From assembly GCA_043779265.1 (NCBI GenBank), contig JAYWEM010000172.1:1-16077 (forward strand): DNA of 16,077 bases, written 5' to 3'. This document shows positions 8,716 through 16,077 of the stretch, piece by piece. The notes under the pieces are model-generated. The model did no database searches and was not told the origin of the DNA. It worked only from the letters and a program-made list of their open reading frames with translations. The position numbers and the translations under genes are program-made. The stretch comes from a bacterium (GTDB lineage: Bacteria > Eisenbacteria > RBG-16-71-46). How positions within the stretch are numbered: the stretch's first letter is position 1; each line of letters starts with the position of its first letter.

Positions 8716-9170
8716 GCGACGAGAAGAGCATGGGAGTGAATCCGCACACTGGGCAGGCCCTGCCACCCGCACCCGAGGCGCCGCCCGAGGCGGCACCGGC
8801 GAAGACGCCCGCGATCGCGATCGAGGGTCTTCCGCCCGCCGCCAAGCAGGTCGGTCCGCCGCAGTGGAGCGCGACGCCGAGCCAGCAGGACATCGCCGTG
8901 CGCGCCGCGCTCGAGACGGTGATGGATCCCGAACTCGGGTTGAGCGTGATGGACCTGGGGCTCATCCGAGAGATCCACTTCGTCGGCGGGCGCACCATCG
9001 TGCGCATGATGCTGACGACGCCGTTCTGCCCGTTCGCGCCGCAGATGATGGCCGACGTGAAGCAGGCGTGCGAGAGCGTCGTGCCGCAGCCGTGCGATGT
9101 CGACATGCTCGCCGATGCGTGGAATCCGGAGATGATGACCGACCCGGGATTGCTCGGCTACTCGTACTGA
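8712..9170 (+). CDS. sufT: SufT / DUF59 metal-sulfur cluster assembly factor with Pro/Ala-rich N-terminal extension
   Basis: DPELGLSVMDLGLI and TTPFCP motifs, W-x-P-x-M-M tail; ATGA overlap with the ferredoxin stop. Confidence 0.88.
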   Translation: MSDEKSMGVNPHTGQALPPAPEAPPEAAPAKTPAIAIEGLPPAAKQVGPPQWSATPSQQDIAVRAALETVMDPELGLSVMDLGLIREIHFVGGRTIVRMMLTTPFCPFAPQMMADVKQACESVVPQPCDVDMLADAWNPEMMTDPGLLGYSY

Positions 9171-9200
9171 GCGGGTGGTCGAGAGCTCGGCCGCGCCGGC

Positions 9201-9767
9201 TCACTGCGGCGGGCTGAGCGCCCCGAGGTTCCAGCTCAGCCCCAAGTGCAGCTTCAACTGCCCGGCGCTCGGCAGGGCGTGATAGCGCAGTTCGATGAAC
9301 TCGCTGAAGCGATCGCCTTCGCCCATCCGGAGTCCTGTCATCAGGGCGAATGCTCCCTTGGTGACCGATTCGTTCGCGGCGTCGAACCCCGGAGCATCGA
9401 CCTCGGCGGAGAGGAAGTGCAGACCGAGTCCGCCTCCCAGGTACGGGCGGTAGTTGCCGGCCCGGAAGTTCCAGCGCACATCGCAACCGATGGTGGCATC
9501 GCGTCGCGTCGCCTTGAGGTTGAAGGCATCGATGCGGGTGGCATTGCGCCAGTACTCGATCCAAGGGAGCACATCGACCTCGGATGCGAGCGTGCCGCTC
9601 TTGAGCCGGGCGCGCAGGCCGACGCCCGAGAATGAGCTCTGGCCCTTCTCGAACACGGTGGCGGTCATCACCTCGACCCCATCGAGCCCTTGATCGGCGG
9701 CGTGGACGGACGAGGGGCACACAACGAGAACGGTGAGGACGGCAAGACTGCGAATCGAAAGGCGCAC
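9201..9767 (-). CDS. Small outer-membrane beta-barrel protein
   Basis: Signal peptide (...SSVHA), amphipathic beta strands, RPYLGGGLG, FIELRYH, C-terminal LGLSWNL; strong GGAGGAGG RBS before the GTG. Confidence 0.85.
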   Translation of the reverse strand: MRLSIRSLAVLTVLVVCPSSVHAADQGLDGVEVMTATVFEKGQSSFSGVGLRARLKSGTLASEVDVLPWIEYWRNATRIDAFNLKATRRDATIGCDVRWNFRAGNYRPYLGGGLGLHFLSAEVDAPGFDAANESVTKGAFALMTGLRMGEGDRFSEFIELRYHALPSAGQLKLHLGLSWNLGALSPPQ

Positions 9768-9789
9768 GGGACCTCCTCCATGAAGTCAG

Positions 9790-10139
9790 GCCAAGGGGTG
9801 CGTGCGCGAAGGTAGGCTCGGCGAAGGGGCAGCGCAACAAACGCGAACTCCCCGCATCAGTCCGCTGTGCCGAGGGGGACCCAGCGGGGCCGAATACGGG
9901 GAGTCACGAGGGTGGCCGCCATCGCACCTTCTGCCGAGGGGTGCGTCCGGCGCAGACAGCGGCACACGAGAGGCCGCTCCGCCGCACGAATGGGCCTGCC
10001 GAGGGGTGCCTGCACACCCGCACGGACGGAGCGAATCGGGGGCGGGCTTCGCGCGATCCATCGCGAGCACGGGCACACGTTCCGAGTCCGCGCGGCCTGT
10101 GTCGACGGCGCCGAGGGGGGTCGCACGCCAACACGAGGG
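9790..10139. repeat. Degenerate array of hairpins sharing a GCCGAGGGG motif (CCCCTCGGC on the minus strand)
   Basis: Motif at 9869, 9933, 9998 and 10110, plus GCCAAGGGG at 9790. The copies at 9933 and 9998 share CTGCCGAGGGGTGC. Enclosing stems are visible. Confidence 0.6.
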
Positions 10140-10230
10140 ACCAGCGCGGACCTGGCTCGCGTGCAGAGCACGAAGCGAGGTACCGCGGGTCAACCCAACG
10201 GCGCACGATAGAAGGAGTGAAGGCGGCAGC

Positions 10231-10437
10231 GGGCACGACAGTGCCTTGTTTGCAGGGCGCGTGAGCGCCTTGCGAGCTGCGCTGGACATCGATCCCTGGG
10301 TGAGTTCCGGTCACCCGGTGAGCGTTGTCGCCTATCACGGCCATCTTCGAATCCGAGGGTTGGTTCGAAGCTGTCCCGATCAAGGGTCCAGCAACATTCA
10401 CGATGTCACTTCACCGCCGTGGAACGGCGACGAGGTG
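10231..10437. ncRNA. Candidate structured RNA of unknown family; strand unresolved
   Basis: Closing stem GCTGGAC (10281-87)/GTCCAGC (10386-92) encloses three hairpins, with additional flanking hairpins; no credible ORF. Confidence 0.4.
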
Positions 10438-10444
10438 GTGTCCA

Positions 10445-10461
10445 TGCAGGTCGGATGCCAA
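10445..10461 (-). promoter_or_regulatory. Sigma54 (-24/-12) promoter motif
   Basis: The minus strand reads TTGGCATCCGACCTGCA, giving GG-N10-GC and a close match to the TGGCAC-N5-TTGCA consensus; it lies in intergenic DNA. Confidence 0.6.
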
Positions 10462-10655
10462 CAGCCGTCCGAAATGCCCGCGACGGCGTCGTTTGCGGGC
10501 GACCAGGCGGCCAAGCTGCGATTCGACAAGTGCTTGCCGAGTGGGTGGCGGCGGCGTCCGGTGCTGCTCGCCAAGGTCTGGAACGCCCCACCGGCCAGCA
10601 CCGCCGCTCAGGTTCGCACCGTGGCCGGCTCGGAATGCACCAGGCGCGACTCGCC

Positions 10656-11384
10656 TCAGCGCAGCGTGTCGCGCTCGTCCACCTCGTACTTGAGCAGCCG
10701 GATCTTCAGCCACTGCACGCCGACCAGGTCCGCGATGCCACGCCACAGGCGGTTGCCGATGCCGTACTTGGACACGCCGTGTCGGCGCGGCCGATGCGAG
10801 ATCGGCACCTCGGTGAAGCGGGCGCCACGGAATGCGCAGAGCGCAGGCAGGAAGCGGTGCACACCCGCGAACACCGGCAGGCCGACCAGCGCCTGCGCGC
10901 GATAGGCTTTGAAGGAGCAGCCGATGTCGGTGACCGGGTCGCGAAGCACGAGGCGGCGGACGGTGTTGGCCACGTTCGAACTGACGCGCCGCTTCCAATC
11001 ATCCTGGCGATGCAAGCGCACGCCCGAGACCACATCGGCGAACTCGAGCGCCGAGAGGAGAAGCGGCAGGTCGGCCGGGTCGTTCTGCAGATCCGCATCC
11101 ATCGTCACCACGACCTCGCCGCGCGCTCGATCGAGCCCGGCTGCGAGCGCGGCGCTCTGGCCTGCATTGCGGACGAGCACCACCGGCACCAGCGCGCGGT
11201 CGCGATTGGCCTCCGCGCGCAGCCACTCGGCGGTGCCATCGGTGCTGCCGTCGTCCACGAGGATCAACTCGTGCGTGCGTCCCGTCGCCGCGATCGCCGC
11301 GCGCAGCTCGCCCAGCAGCGTGGGCAGATTCTCGGCCTCGTTGAAGGCGGGGATGACGAACGAGAGTTCGGGTCTCGGCTCCAT
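10656..11384 (-). CDS. GT2-family glycosyltransferase (DPM1/ArnC-like polyprenyl-phosphate glycosyltransferase)
   Basis: LSFVIPAFNEAENL, VDDGSTDGT, RNAGQSAAL, TMDADLQND (DxD), DIGCSFKAYR, HRFLP, HRPRRHGVSKY. ATG at 11384 preferred; GTG at 11396 possible. Confidence 0.95.
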   Translation of the reverse strand: MEPRPELSFVIPAFNEAENLPTLLGELRAAIAATGRTHELILVDDGSTDGTAEWLRAEANRDRALVPVVLVRNAGQSAALAAGLDRARGEVVVTMDADLQNDPADLPLLLSALEFADVVSGVRLHRQDDWKRRVSSNVANTVRRLVLRDPVTDIGCSFKAYRAQALVGLPVFAGVHRFLPALCAFRGARFTEVPISHRPRRHGVSKYGIGNRLWRGIADLVGVQWLKIRLLKYEVDERDTLR

Positions 11385-11432
11385 ATGGAGCGGCACATTG
11401 GCAGAAACGTTCGGAGCGGGGAAGGGGGGAGG

Positions 11433-11461
11433 TTGACCGCTTCACGCGCCGAGGCCAGACT
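11433..11461 (+). promoter_or_regulatory. Candidate sigma70 promoter giving a nearly leaderless transcript for the 11471 gene
   Basis: TTGACC (11433-38), 17 bp, CAGACT (11456-61); ATG at 11471 with no obvious SD. Confidence 0.4.
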
Positions 11462-11470
11462 CCGCGCTCG

Positions 11471-12118
11471 ATGCTCGGTCTCCTTCGCACGCTCCGCCGT
11501 GCAGCGCGCGTCGCGCGCGACCTGGTCCTGCCTGCACCGCCTCACCGCGCGCCCACGGGCACGCGGAAGCGCCGCCGTCGCCGCCCGCCGGTCCTGGAGC
11601 AACTGGCCATGGATCTCGGCCCCGAGCGGCCGCGCTGGCGACTGTCGCGCCTCGTCGAACGTTCGCCCCATCGTGCTCGCGTGATCGAACGAGTCGAGTA
11701 CGTGCGGCGCTTCTTCCCCGAACTCGACGGGCTCAGCATCCGCATCGGCTTCGCGCAGAAGCCGGGCGTCCTCGGCTGGGGATCGCTCGATCCCGAGCAG
11801 CCGGGCATCTGGGTGCGACCGAGGCGGCTGCACCTCTTCACCGTGGCGCACGAGCTGACGCATCTGCTGCAGGCCCGCGAGCTGGTGCCACGCGGCGAGC
11901 GCGCCTGCGACCTCCACGCCCTGGCGCGCTCGCCGCTGCTCATCGACACGCCGCCGAGCTATCTGAGCATGCCGCGCTCGCTCCGCCGACCGCAGCTCGA
12001 CGAGACGCAGGCGCATGCGCTCTGCGTGCTCGCGCGCGAGGCGCTGGCGGCGCGCGAACGAGGGGACCGTCGCTATCTGCTGGGATTCGAGCAAGCGGTC
12101 GCTGAGCGCTTCGCGTGA
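11471..12118 (+). CDS. Hypothetical protein with zincin-like HExxH motif (start uncertain)
   Basis: FTVAHELTHLLQ followed by GERACD; Arg-rich N-terminus; the stop overlaps the next start (GTGA). Confidence 0.7.
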   Translation: MLGLLRTLRRAARVARDLVLPAPPHRAPTGTRKRRRRRPPVLEQLAMDLGPERPRWRLSRLVERSPHRARVIERVEYVRRFFPELDGLSIRIGFAQKPGVLGWGSLDPEQPGIWVRPRRLHLFTVAHELTHLLQARELVPRGERACDLHALARSPLLIDTPPSYLSMPRSLRRPQLDETQAHALCVLAREALAARERGDRRYLLGFEQAVAERFA

Positions 12119-12540
12119 GCGATGCCGCGGCGTTGCGCCGCGTGCGCGTGGTGGCGGCGGTGGTCCGTGATGGCGAACTGCTGCTGCTGACGCAGCGTCC
12201 ACCCGTCGGGCCACTCGGCCTGCAGTGGGAGTTCCCCGGCGGCAAGATCGAGCCGGGCGAGACGCCCGAGCACGCCTTGGTGCGCGAGGTCCACGAGGAG
12301 TTGGGCGTCGAGGCGAGCACACACGAGGTGCTCGCGGTGCATGCGCACGACTACGATCATCTATCGGTCGAGATCACATTCATCCGAGCCACGCTCGCCT
12401 CGTTCGAGTTCAAGCCGAGCGTGGCCGTGCACGCTTGGCGTTGGCTCGCCCCCCACGATGTGCCGCTCTCCGAGGTGCTCGAAGCGGATCGCGATTTCCT
12501 GCGTGCGATGGGCGCGCGAGACGAAGGAGAACCGAGATGA
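12115..12540 (+). CDS. Nudix hydrolase, MutT/NudG-like (d)NTP pyrophosphohydrolase
   Basis: WEFP followed by the Nudix box GGKIEPGETPEHALVREVHEELG; N-terminal VVAAVV..LLTQR; C-terminal LEAD. Confidence 0.93.
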   Translation: MSDAAALRRVRVVAAVVRDGELLLLTQRPPVGPLGLQWEFPGGKIEPGETPEHALVREVHEELGVEASTHEVLAVHAHDYDHLSVEITFIRATLASFEFKPSVAVHAWRWLAPHDVPLSEVLEADRDFLRAMGARDEGEPR

Positions 12541-12695
12541 TCCCGTTGCCCGAGGGGCTGTCGTTCCTGAGCCTGGGTTGGTGGGTGGTGCATGTGATCG
12601 GGATGCTCGTGCTCTTCCAGTGGGGCTATGCCCGGGGGCGCGGAGACGAGCGCCGCGAGCAGCGCCAGAGGGATCTCGGCAAGTCCGCTCGTTAG
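12537..12695 (+). CDS. 52-aa single-pass membrane protein
   Basis: AAGGAG RBS, ATGA overlap with the Nudix stop; MIPLPEGLSFLSLGWWVVHVIGMLVLFQWGYARGRGDERREQRQRDLGKSAR is a hydrophobic helix plus a charged tail. Confidence 0.75.
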   Translation: MIPLPEGLSFLSLGWWVVHVIGMLVLFQWGYARGRGDERREQRQRDLGKSAR

Positions 12696-12841
12696 AGCAT
12701 TGCCGGGCAAGATTCCCCTTGAGCGCATGGGCTGCGTTCCAGCACAATCAGTCCACTCGGGGCACTCGACCCCCTTCCATGCCCGGGTAGCAGGCCCCAC
12801 TCACGCGGGCCACGCTTGACCATTCTGCATGGAGGCTCACC

Positions 12842-15800
12842 TTGCACCAGAGGCACTCGCGGGCGCTCGTCGCGCTCCTTGCCCTGCTCGTGCTCCCGCC
12901 CGACTCCTCGCACGCCTTCCAAGAGGAGCAGCCACTCGGTGAGGTGCTGAAGAACGGGCAGATGGCGAGGGCGACGCTCGCCGCGCGCGCCAACCGGACA
13001 CGCACCAGTGGCGCCGCCCCCGACACGGTGTACCTAGGGCATTCGTACACCGATCACACCGGCGCCCCCGGCCCAATCGTGAACTACTGGAACATCTACA
13101 CAGGTGGCTATCGCCCGGGAGTGAACGATCCGACCAACGCGATATGGGATTGGGATCACTCGACGGGCTTCGGTGCCTACGTCGGTGACTCGCTCGCCGG
13201 CTGGTGGCCCATACGGCGCCCCTACGGCATCACGGGCGGTCTCGTCCTGGCGGACAACCAGCGACCCTGGCACGCGATCCAGATCGGGAACCAGGGCAAC
13301 TACGTCATCAATCAAGGGGCGGGCGGCAAGCGCACGTTCGGGGTGACGGGCTACTGGCACGACGATGCCGGCATCGGCCAGGGCAGCGCGGTCACGTGGT
13401 CGCCCATTTCGGGCGGCCGGTCGGCATGGTGCGGGCTACGCCAGCACGGCGACGTCAGCGCCATGGATCTGGTGACGGGCAACGCCTACAACCAGACCAC
13501 CCAGATGTACGGCAGCGAGGGCGATGGCGGCACAGGCGTCAACTCGAACTTCCCGGGCTATGCCAATCACATGGATCAGATGTTGTACCGCGACATCGCT
13601 GCGACGCCCGGGCAGTCGTTGAGCATCGGCTTCAGCTACCGCACCTACCTGTCGACGGGCGTCATCACGACGGCCTCGACGCGAACGGGCTGGTTCGACA
13701 AGGACCCGCTCGCAGTGACGGCCGGCAACTTCATCAGCGCCACGGCTGCAGGGGCCGCGGCTCCGATCGACTCGTTCATGGTCTACATCGGTTCGCCGGC
13801 GAATGATGCTGGCGTGCGTCTCTCGGATGGCACGACGGCGCCGGTCTTCGACCTGCAGCGTCGCTGGTTCTCCGAGGTCCTGCGTGTCAACGAGGGCAGC
13901 GCGCCGTACTACCAGATGCTCTCCACGTTCGGGATCAATGGCGACACGCTCAGCGGTTCGTCGGTGGCGCACGCTGCGGCGATTCCCTCGTCGATCGTCG
14001 ACAACATCCTGAACACGGCGGGGAATCCCGGCGCCATCCGACTGGTGTTCCGCGTCAAGACGAATCAGTCGTTCTCGGACACGGACAGTCGCATCGGCAA
14101 CTTCAGCTCGCGTGGCCACGGCGCCGCGATCATCGACAACGTGTCCTACGCCATCGGCGCTGGCGCGAACGTCGTGATCGGCGACTTCGAGACGCCGCAG
14201 CAGGGCGGTGCGAACAGCATCGACAATCAAACAGGTGTTTCGGCGCTGACGAACTGGAAGAGCACCGGCAAGCCGCCGGCGATCTACTTCCACACGAAGG
14301 CGCTCGACGACTTGCAGTACGCCGATCTGTGCGGACCGCCGGATTCACCGTCGCGTTCCTGCAACATCGGTGGTGTCGTGATGACGGCCGGAAACAACGA
14401 TGATCTCGAACGCCACGGGGATTCACGCTACCTGTCGGATCGTGAAGTCATGCACTCGATGGTCTCGCCGACGATCAACCTCGTGACCGCTGGTCCCTCG
14501 ACGCCGAACAACATGGGACTGACCGGCGACATGGTGAACGCCACCGATGACATCTACATCTGGTACGACATGTACGCCGGCATGTTCAACCTGGCGTTCT
14601 CGGGCAATGCCTGGACCTTCTCGGGCCAGTCGTACCCGGCGACCCAGACCATCAACGGTGCGTTGACGTGGGGCGCTGCTCGCTACCCCGGCTTCCAGAT
14701 CATCAATCCGGAGCCCCAGTGCTTCATCGACTGGGAGCCGCTGTACGGATTCGGTCTGGTCGCGACGTCGAACCCGTCGAACCCGTCGGGCACGCCGGAC
14801 TCGCTGCGCGTCTCGCTCGGCGTGAACCAGCAGTGCTTCCGATTCGCCATCTCGCTCGGTTGCAACTCGGCCGACGGTGCCTACTTCGACAACGTGTCAC
14901 TCGCCTTCGTCGATCTTCCGGCGACGCAGACCTCAGCTGCGAATGCGATCACGCTGGGCCCGATCACCGCGTCGATCTGGAACTTCTACAACGACGCCTT
15001 CCCGGCCAACGAGACGAACGGCCTGACCGGCACGGCATCGTTCGACACGCTGGGTGCGTGGCTGCAGACGGGTATCAACAACTACCCGATCACCGGGAGC
15101 GTCTTCCGCAACGACATCCCCGGCGACACAGCAGTCGTCCAGGCTGGCAATGCAGTGGTGAGCTCGCCGGACGATCCGACCTACGCGCAGGTCCGCGTCG
15201 ACATGGTGTTCCGCGTTCTTCCGGGACCGGGCAACTATCGGATCGCGGCCGGCCGTACGTTCCCGCCGGCGCCGTTCATGCAGTTGCTGACCGTGCCCAC
15301 CGATCAGGCCGGCGTCGTGGTCCCGGGTGTCTACAATCCGAGCCCGAGCGCTGGTGCGCAGAACTTCTTCTCGTCGTTCATCGTCAAGCCGGGCGCATAC
15401 GCCAAGGGCGATCACTTCGGGAACACGCGTTGGGATCACCTGACCTGGAACAGCGTGCGCTGCGACACGGCGGAAGCCAATCGCTTCCCGGTGTCCGGCA
15501 TCGGCGTCAGCTCGCTGCTGACGCTTGCCACCTATGCGTCCATGTACCACGAGGAGGAGTTCCTCCCCGCGGGCATCCGTCCCGAGGTCGGTATCGCGAA
15601 GAAGAAGTGCTTCCTGATCAACCCGGCCAGCACGACCGTCACGCACTCCAACATCGACTGCAACACGGTGCCGGCGTGGGTGACGTCGGGCGCTCCCGGC
15701 AACGGCTACAACGGCAGCCCGACCACGCAGGAGCACACCAAGATCATCCCGGACGGACTGCTGACGGCCGGTGCACATGTGCAGTACTTCTTCCGCAAGT

Positions 15801-16077
15801 CGCACGCTGTCGATCCGCTGCTGTCGATCGCGATGTGCCCGGACACGAACCTGATCTTCCCGCAGAGCAGCGAGGGCTCGTCGGACGGTCACCGCTGGCA
15901 GCAGTTCGGCGTGCTTCCCGATCGGTGGAAGGAACCGAGCTTCGGCGGCGCTGGTATGGCGTGCCTGCTGTTCGTGGACAACAACGACCGTCGTGGCAAC
16001 GAGCGCGTCTGGGTGTCCGTCATGGACTCCATCGGCGGCACGTCGCTGGCGGACGCTGGCAACCACAACGGCTGGGC
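12842..16077 (+). CDS. Very large secreted beta-rich protein, 3'-incomplete (>1078 aa); absent from the ORF track
   Basis: GGAGG RBS (12831-35) then TTG at 12842; signal peptide MHQRHSRALVALLALLVLPPDSSHA. I translated most of the frame without meeting a stop, and it is still in frame at the edge (...MDSIGGTSLADAGNHNGW). Strong GC3 codon bias. Confidence 0.92.
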   Translation, partial: MHQRHSRALVALLALLVLPPDSSHAFQEEQPLGEVLKNGQMARATLAARANRTRTSGAAPDTVYLGHSYTDHTGAPGPIVNYWNIYTGGYRPGVNDPTNAIWDWDHSTGFGAYVGDSLAGWWPIRRPYGITGGLVLADNQRPWHAIQIGNQGNYVINQGAGGKRTFGVTGYWHDDAGIGQGSAVTWSPISGGRSAWCGLRQHGDVSAMDLVTGNAYNQTTQMYGSEGDGGTGVNSNFPGYANHMDQMLYRDIAATPGQSLSIGFSYRTYLSTGVITTASTRTGWFDKDPLAVTAGNFISATAAGAAAPIDSFMVYIGSPANDAGVRLSDGTTAPVFDLQRRWFSEVLRVNEGSAPYYQMLSTFGINGDTLSGSSVAHAAAIPSSIVDNILNTAGNPGAIRLVFRVKTNQSFSDTDSRIGNFSSRGHGAAIIDNVSYAIGAGANVVIGDFETPQQGGANSIDNQTGVSALTNWKSTGKPPAIYFHTKALDDLQYADLCGPPDSPSRSCNIGGVVMTAGNNDDLERHGDSRYLSDREVMHSMVSPTINLVTAGPSTPNNMGLTGDMVNATDDIYIWYDMYAGMFNLAFSGNAWTFSGQSYPATQTINGALTWGAARYPGFQIINPEPQCFIDWEPLYGFGLVATSNPSNPSGTPDSLRVSLGVNQQCFRFAISLGCNSADGAYFDNVSLAFVDLPATQTSAANAITLGPITASIWNFYNDAFPANETNGLTGTASFDTLGAWLQTGINNYPITGSVFRNDIPGDTAVVQAGNAVVSSPDDPTYAQVRVDMVFRVLPGPGNYRIAAGRTFPPAPFMQLLTVPTDQAGVVVPGVYNPSPSAGAQNFFSSFIVKPGAYAKGDHFGNTRWDHLTWNSVRCDTAEANRFPVSGIGVSSLLTLATYASMYHEEEFLPAGIRPEVGIAKKKCFLINPASTTVTHSNIDCNTVPAWVTSGAPGNGYNGSPTTQEHTKIIPDGLLTAGAHVQYFFRKSHAVDPLLSIAMCPDTNLIFPQSSEGSSDGHRWQQFGVLPDRWKEPSFGGAGMACLLFVDNNDRRGNERVWVSVMDSIGGTSLADAGNHNGW

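Noticed and set aside
9790..10140. CRISPR array (64-65 bp spacing)
   Set aside because: The shared part is only 9-14 bp, the spacing is irregular (79, 64, 65, 112), and there is no cas gene in the window.
10281..10392. tRNA gene (cloverleaf-like, TTCGAA motifs)
   Set aside because: It is 112 nt long, the arm sizes are wrong, the TTCGAA copies pair with each other rather than forming a T-loop, and there is no 7-nt anticodon arm in the right place.
9786..10693. Track ORFs in the long intergenic region (e.g. 9904..10401 -, 9802..10905 +, 9786..10289 -)
   Set aside because: Arg/Pro/Ala/Ser-rich translations with no motifs, no clear RBS and no codon bias; typical chance ORFs in GC-rich DNA. A small real peptide cannot be fully excluded.
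12829..12941. ATG at 12829 as the start of the giant protein
   Set aside because: It is in a different frame that closes after about 37 codons; its GGAGG serves as the RBS for the TTG at 12842.
13034..16066. Track ORFs within the right-hand 3 kb
   Set aside because: All are shadows or alternative frames of the single open frame starting at 12842.

Overview
GC-rich bacterial chromosomal window. The secreted-protein style tentatively suggests an FCB-group candidate phylum such as Ca. Eisenbacteria (inference only). Left to right: (1) a transposon end (1-113; terminal TGTCA on the minus strand, three transposase-binding-like sites exactly 33 bp apart, Tn7/Tn5053-like) that cuts an ArnT/PMT-like (GT-C) membrane glycosyltransferase gene; (2) a Cys-rich secreted protein ending in TWGxxKxxYR; (3) a SUF Fe-S operon (sufA-like, sufC, sufB, sufD, sufS, sufU, Rieske ferredoxin, sufT/DUF59), mostly translationally coupled and headed by a MerR-family regulator with a CxxC-x8-CxxC-x3-H tail instead of an Rrf2/SufR regulator; (4) a small outer-membrane beta-barrel gene; (5) an ~880-bp stretch with no credible ORF, containing hairpins that share a GCCGAGGGG loop motif, a multi-stem fold and a sigma54-type promoter; (6) a GT2 glycosyltransferase; (7) a coupled HExxH protein / Nudix / 52-aa membrane protein trio; (8) a >1078-aa secreted protein that runs off the right edge and is missing from the ORF track. 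The best novelty candidates are the MerR-type putative Fe-S sensor on the SUF operon and the hairpin-array ncRNA candidate.
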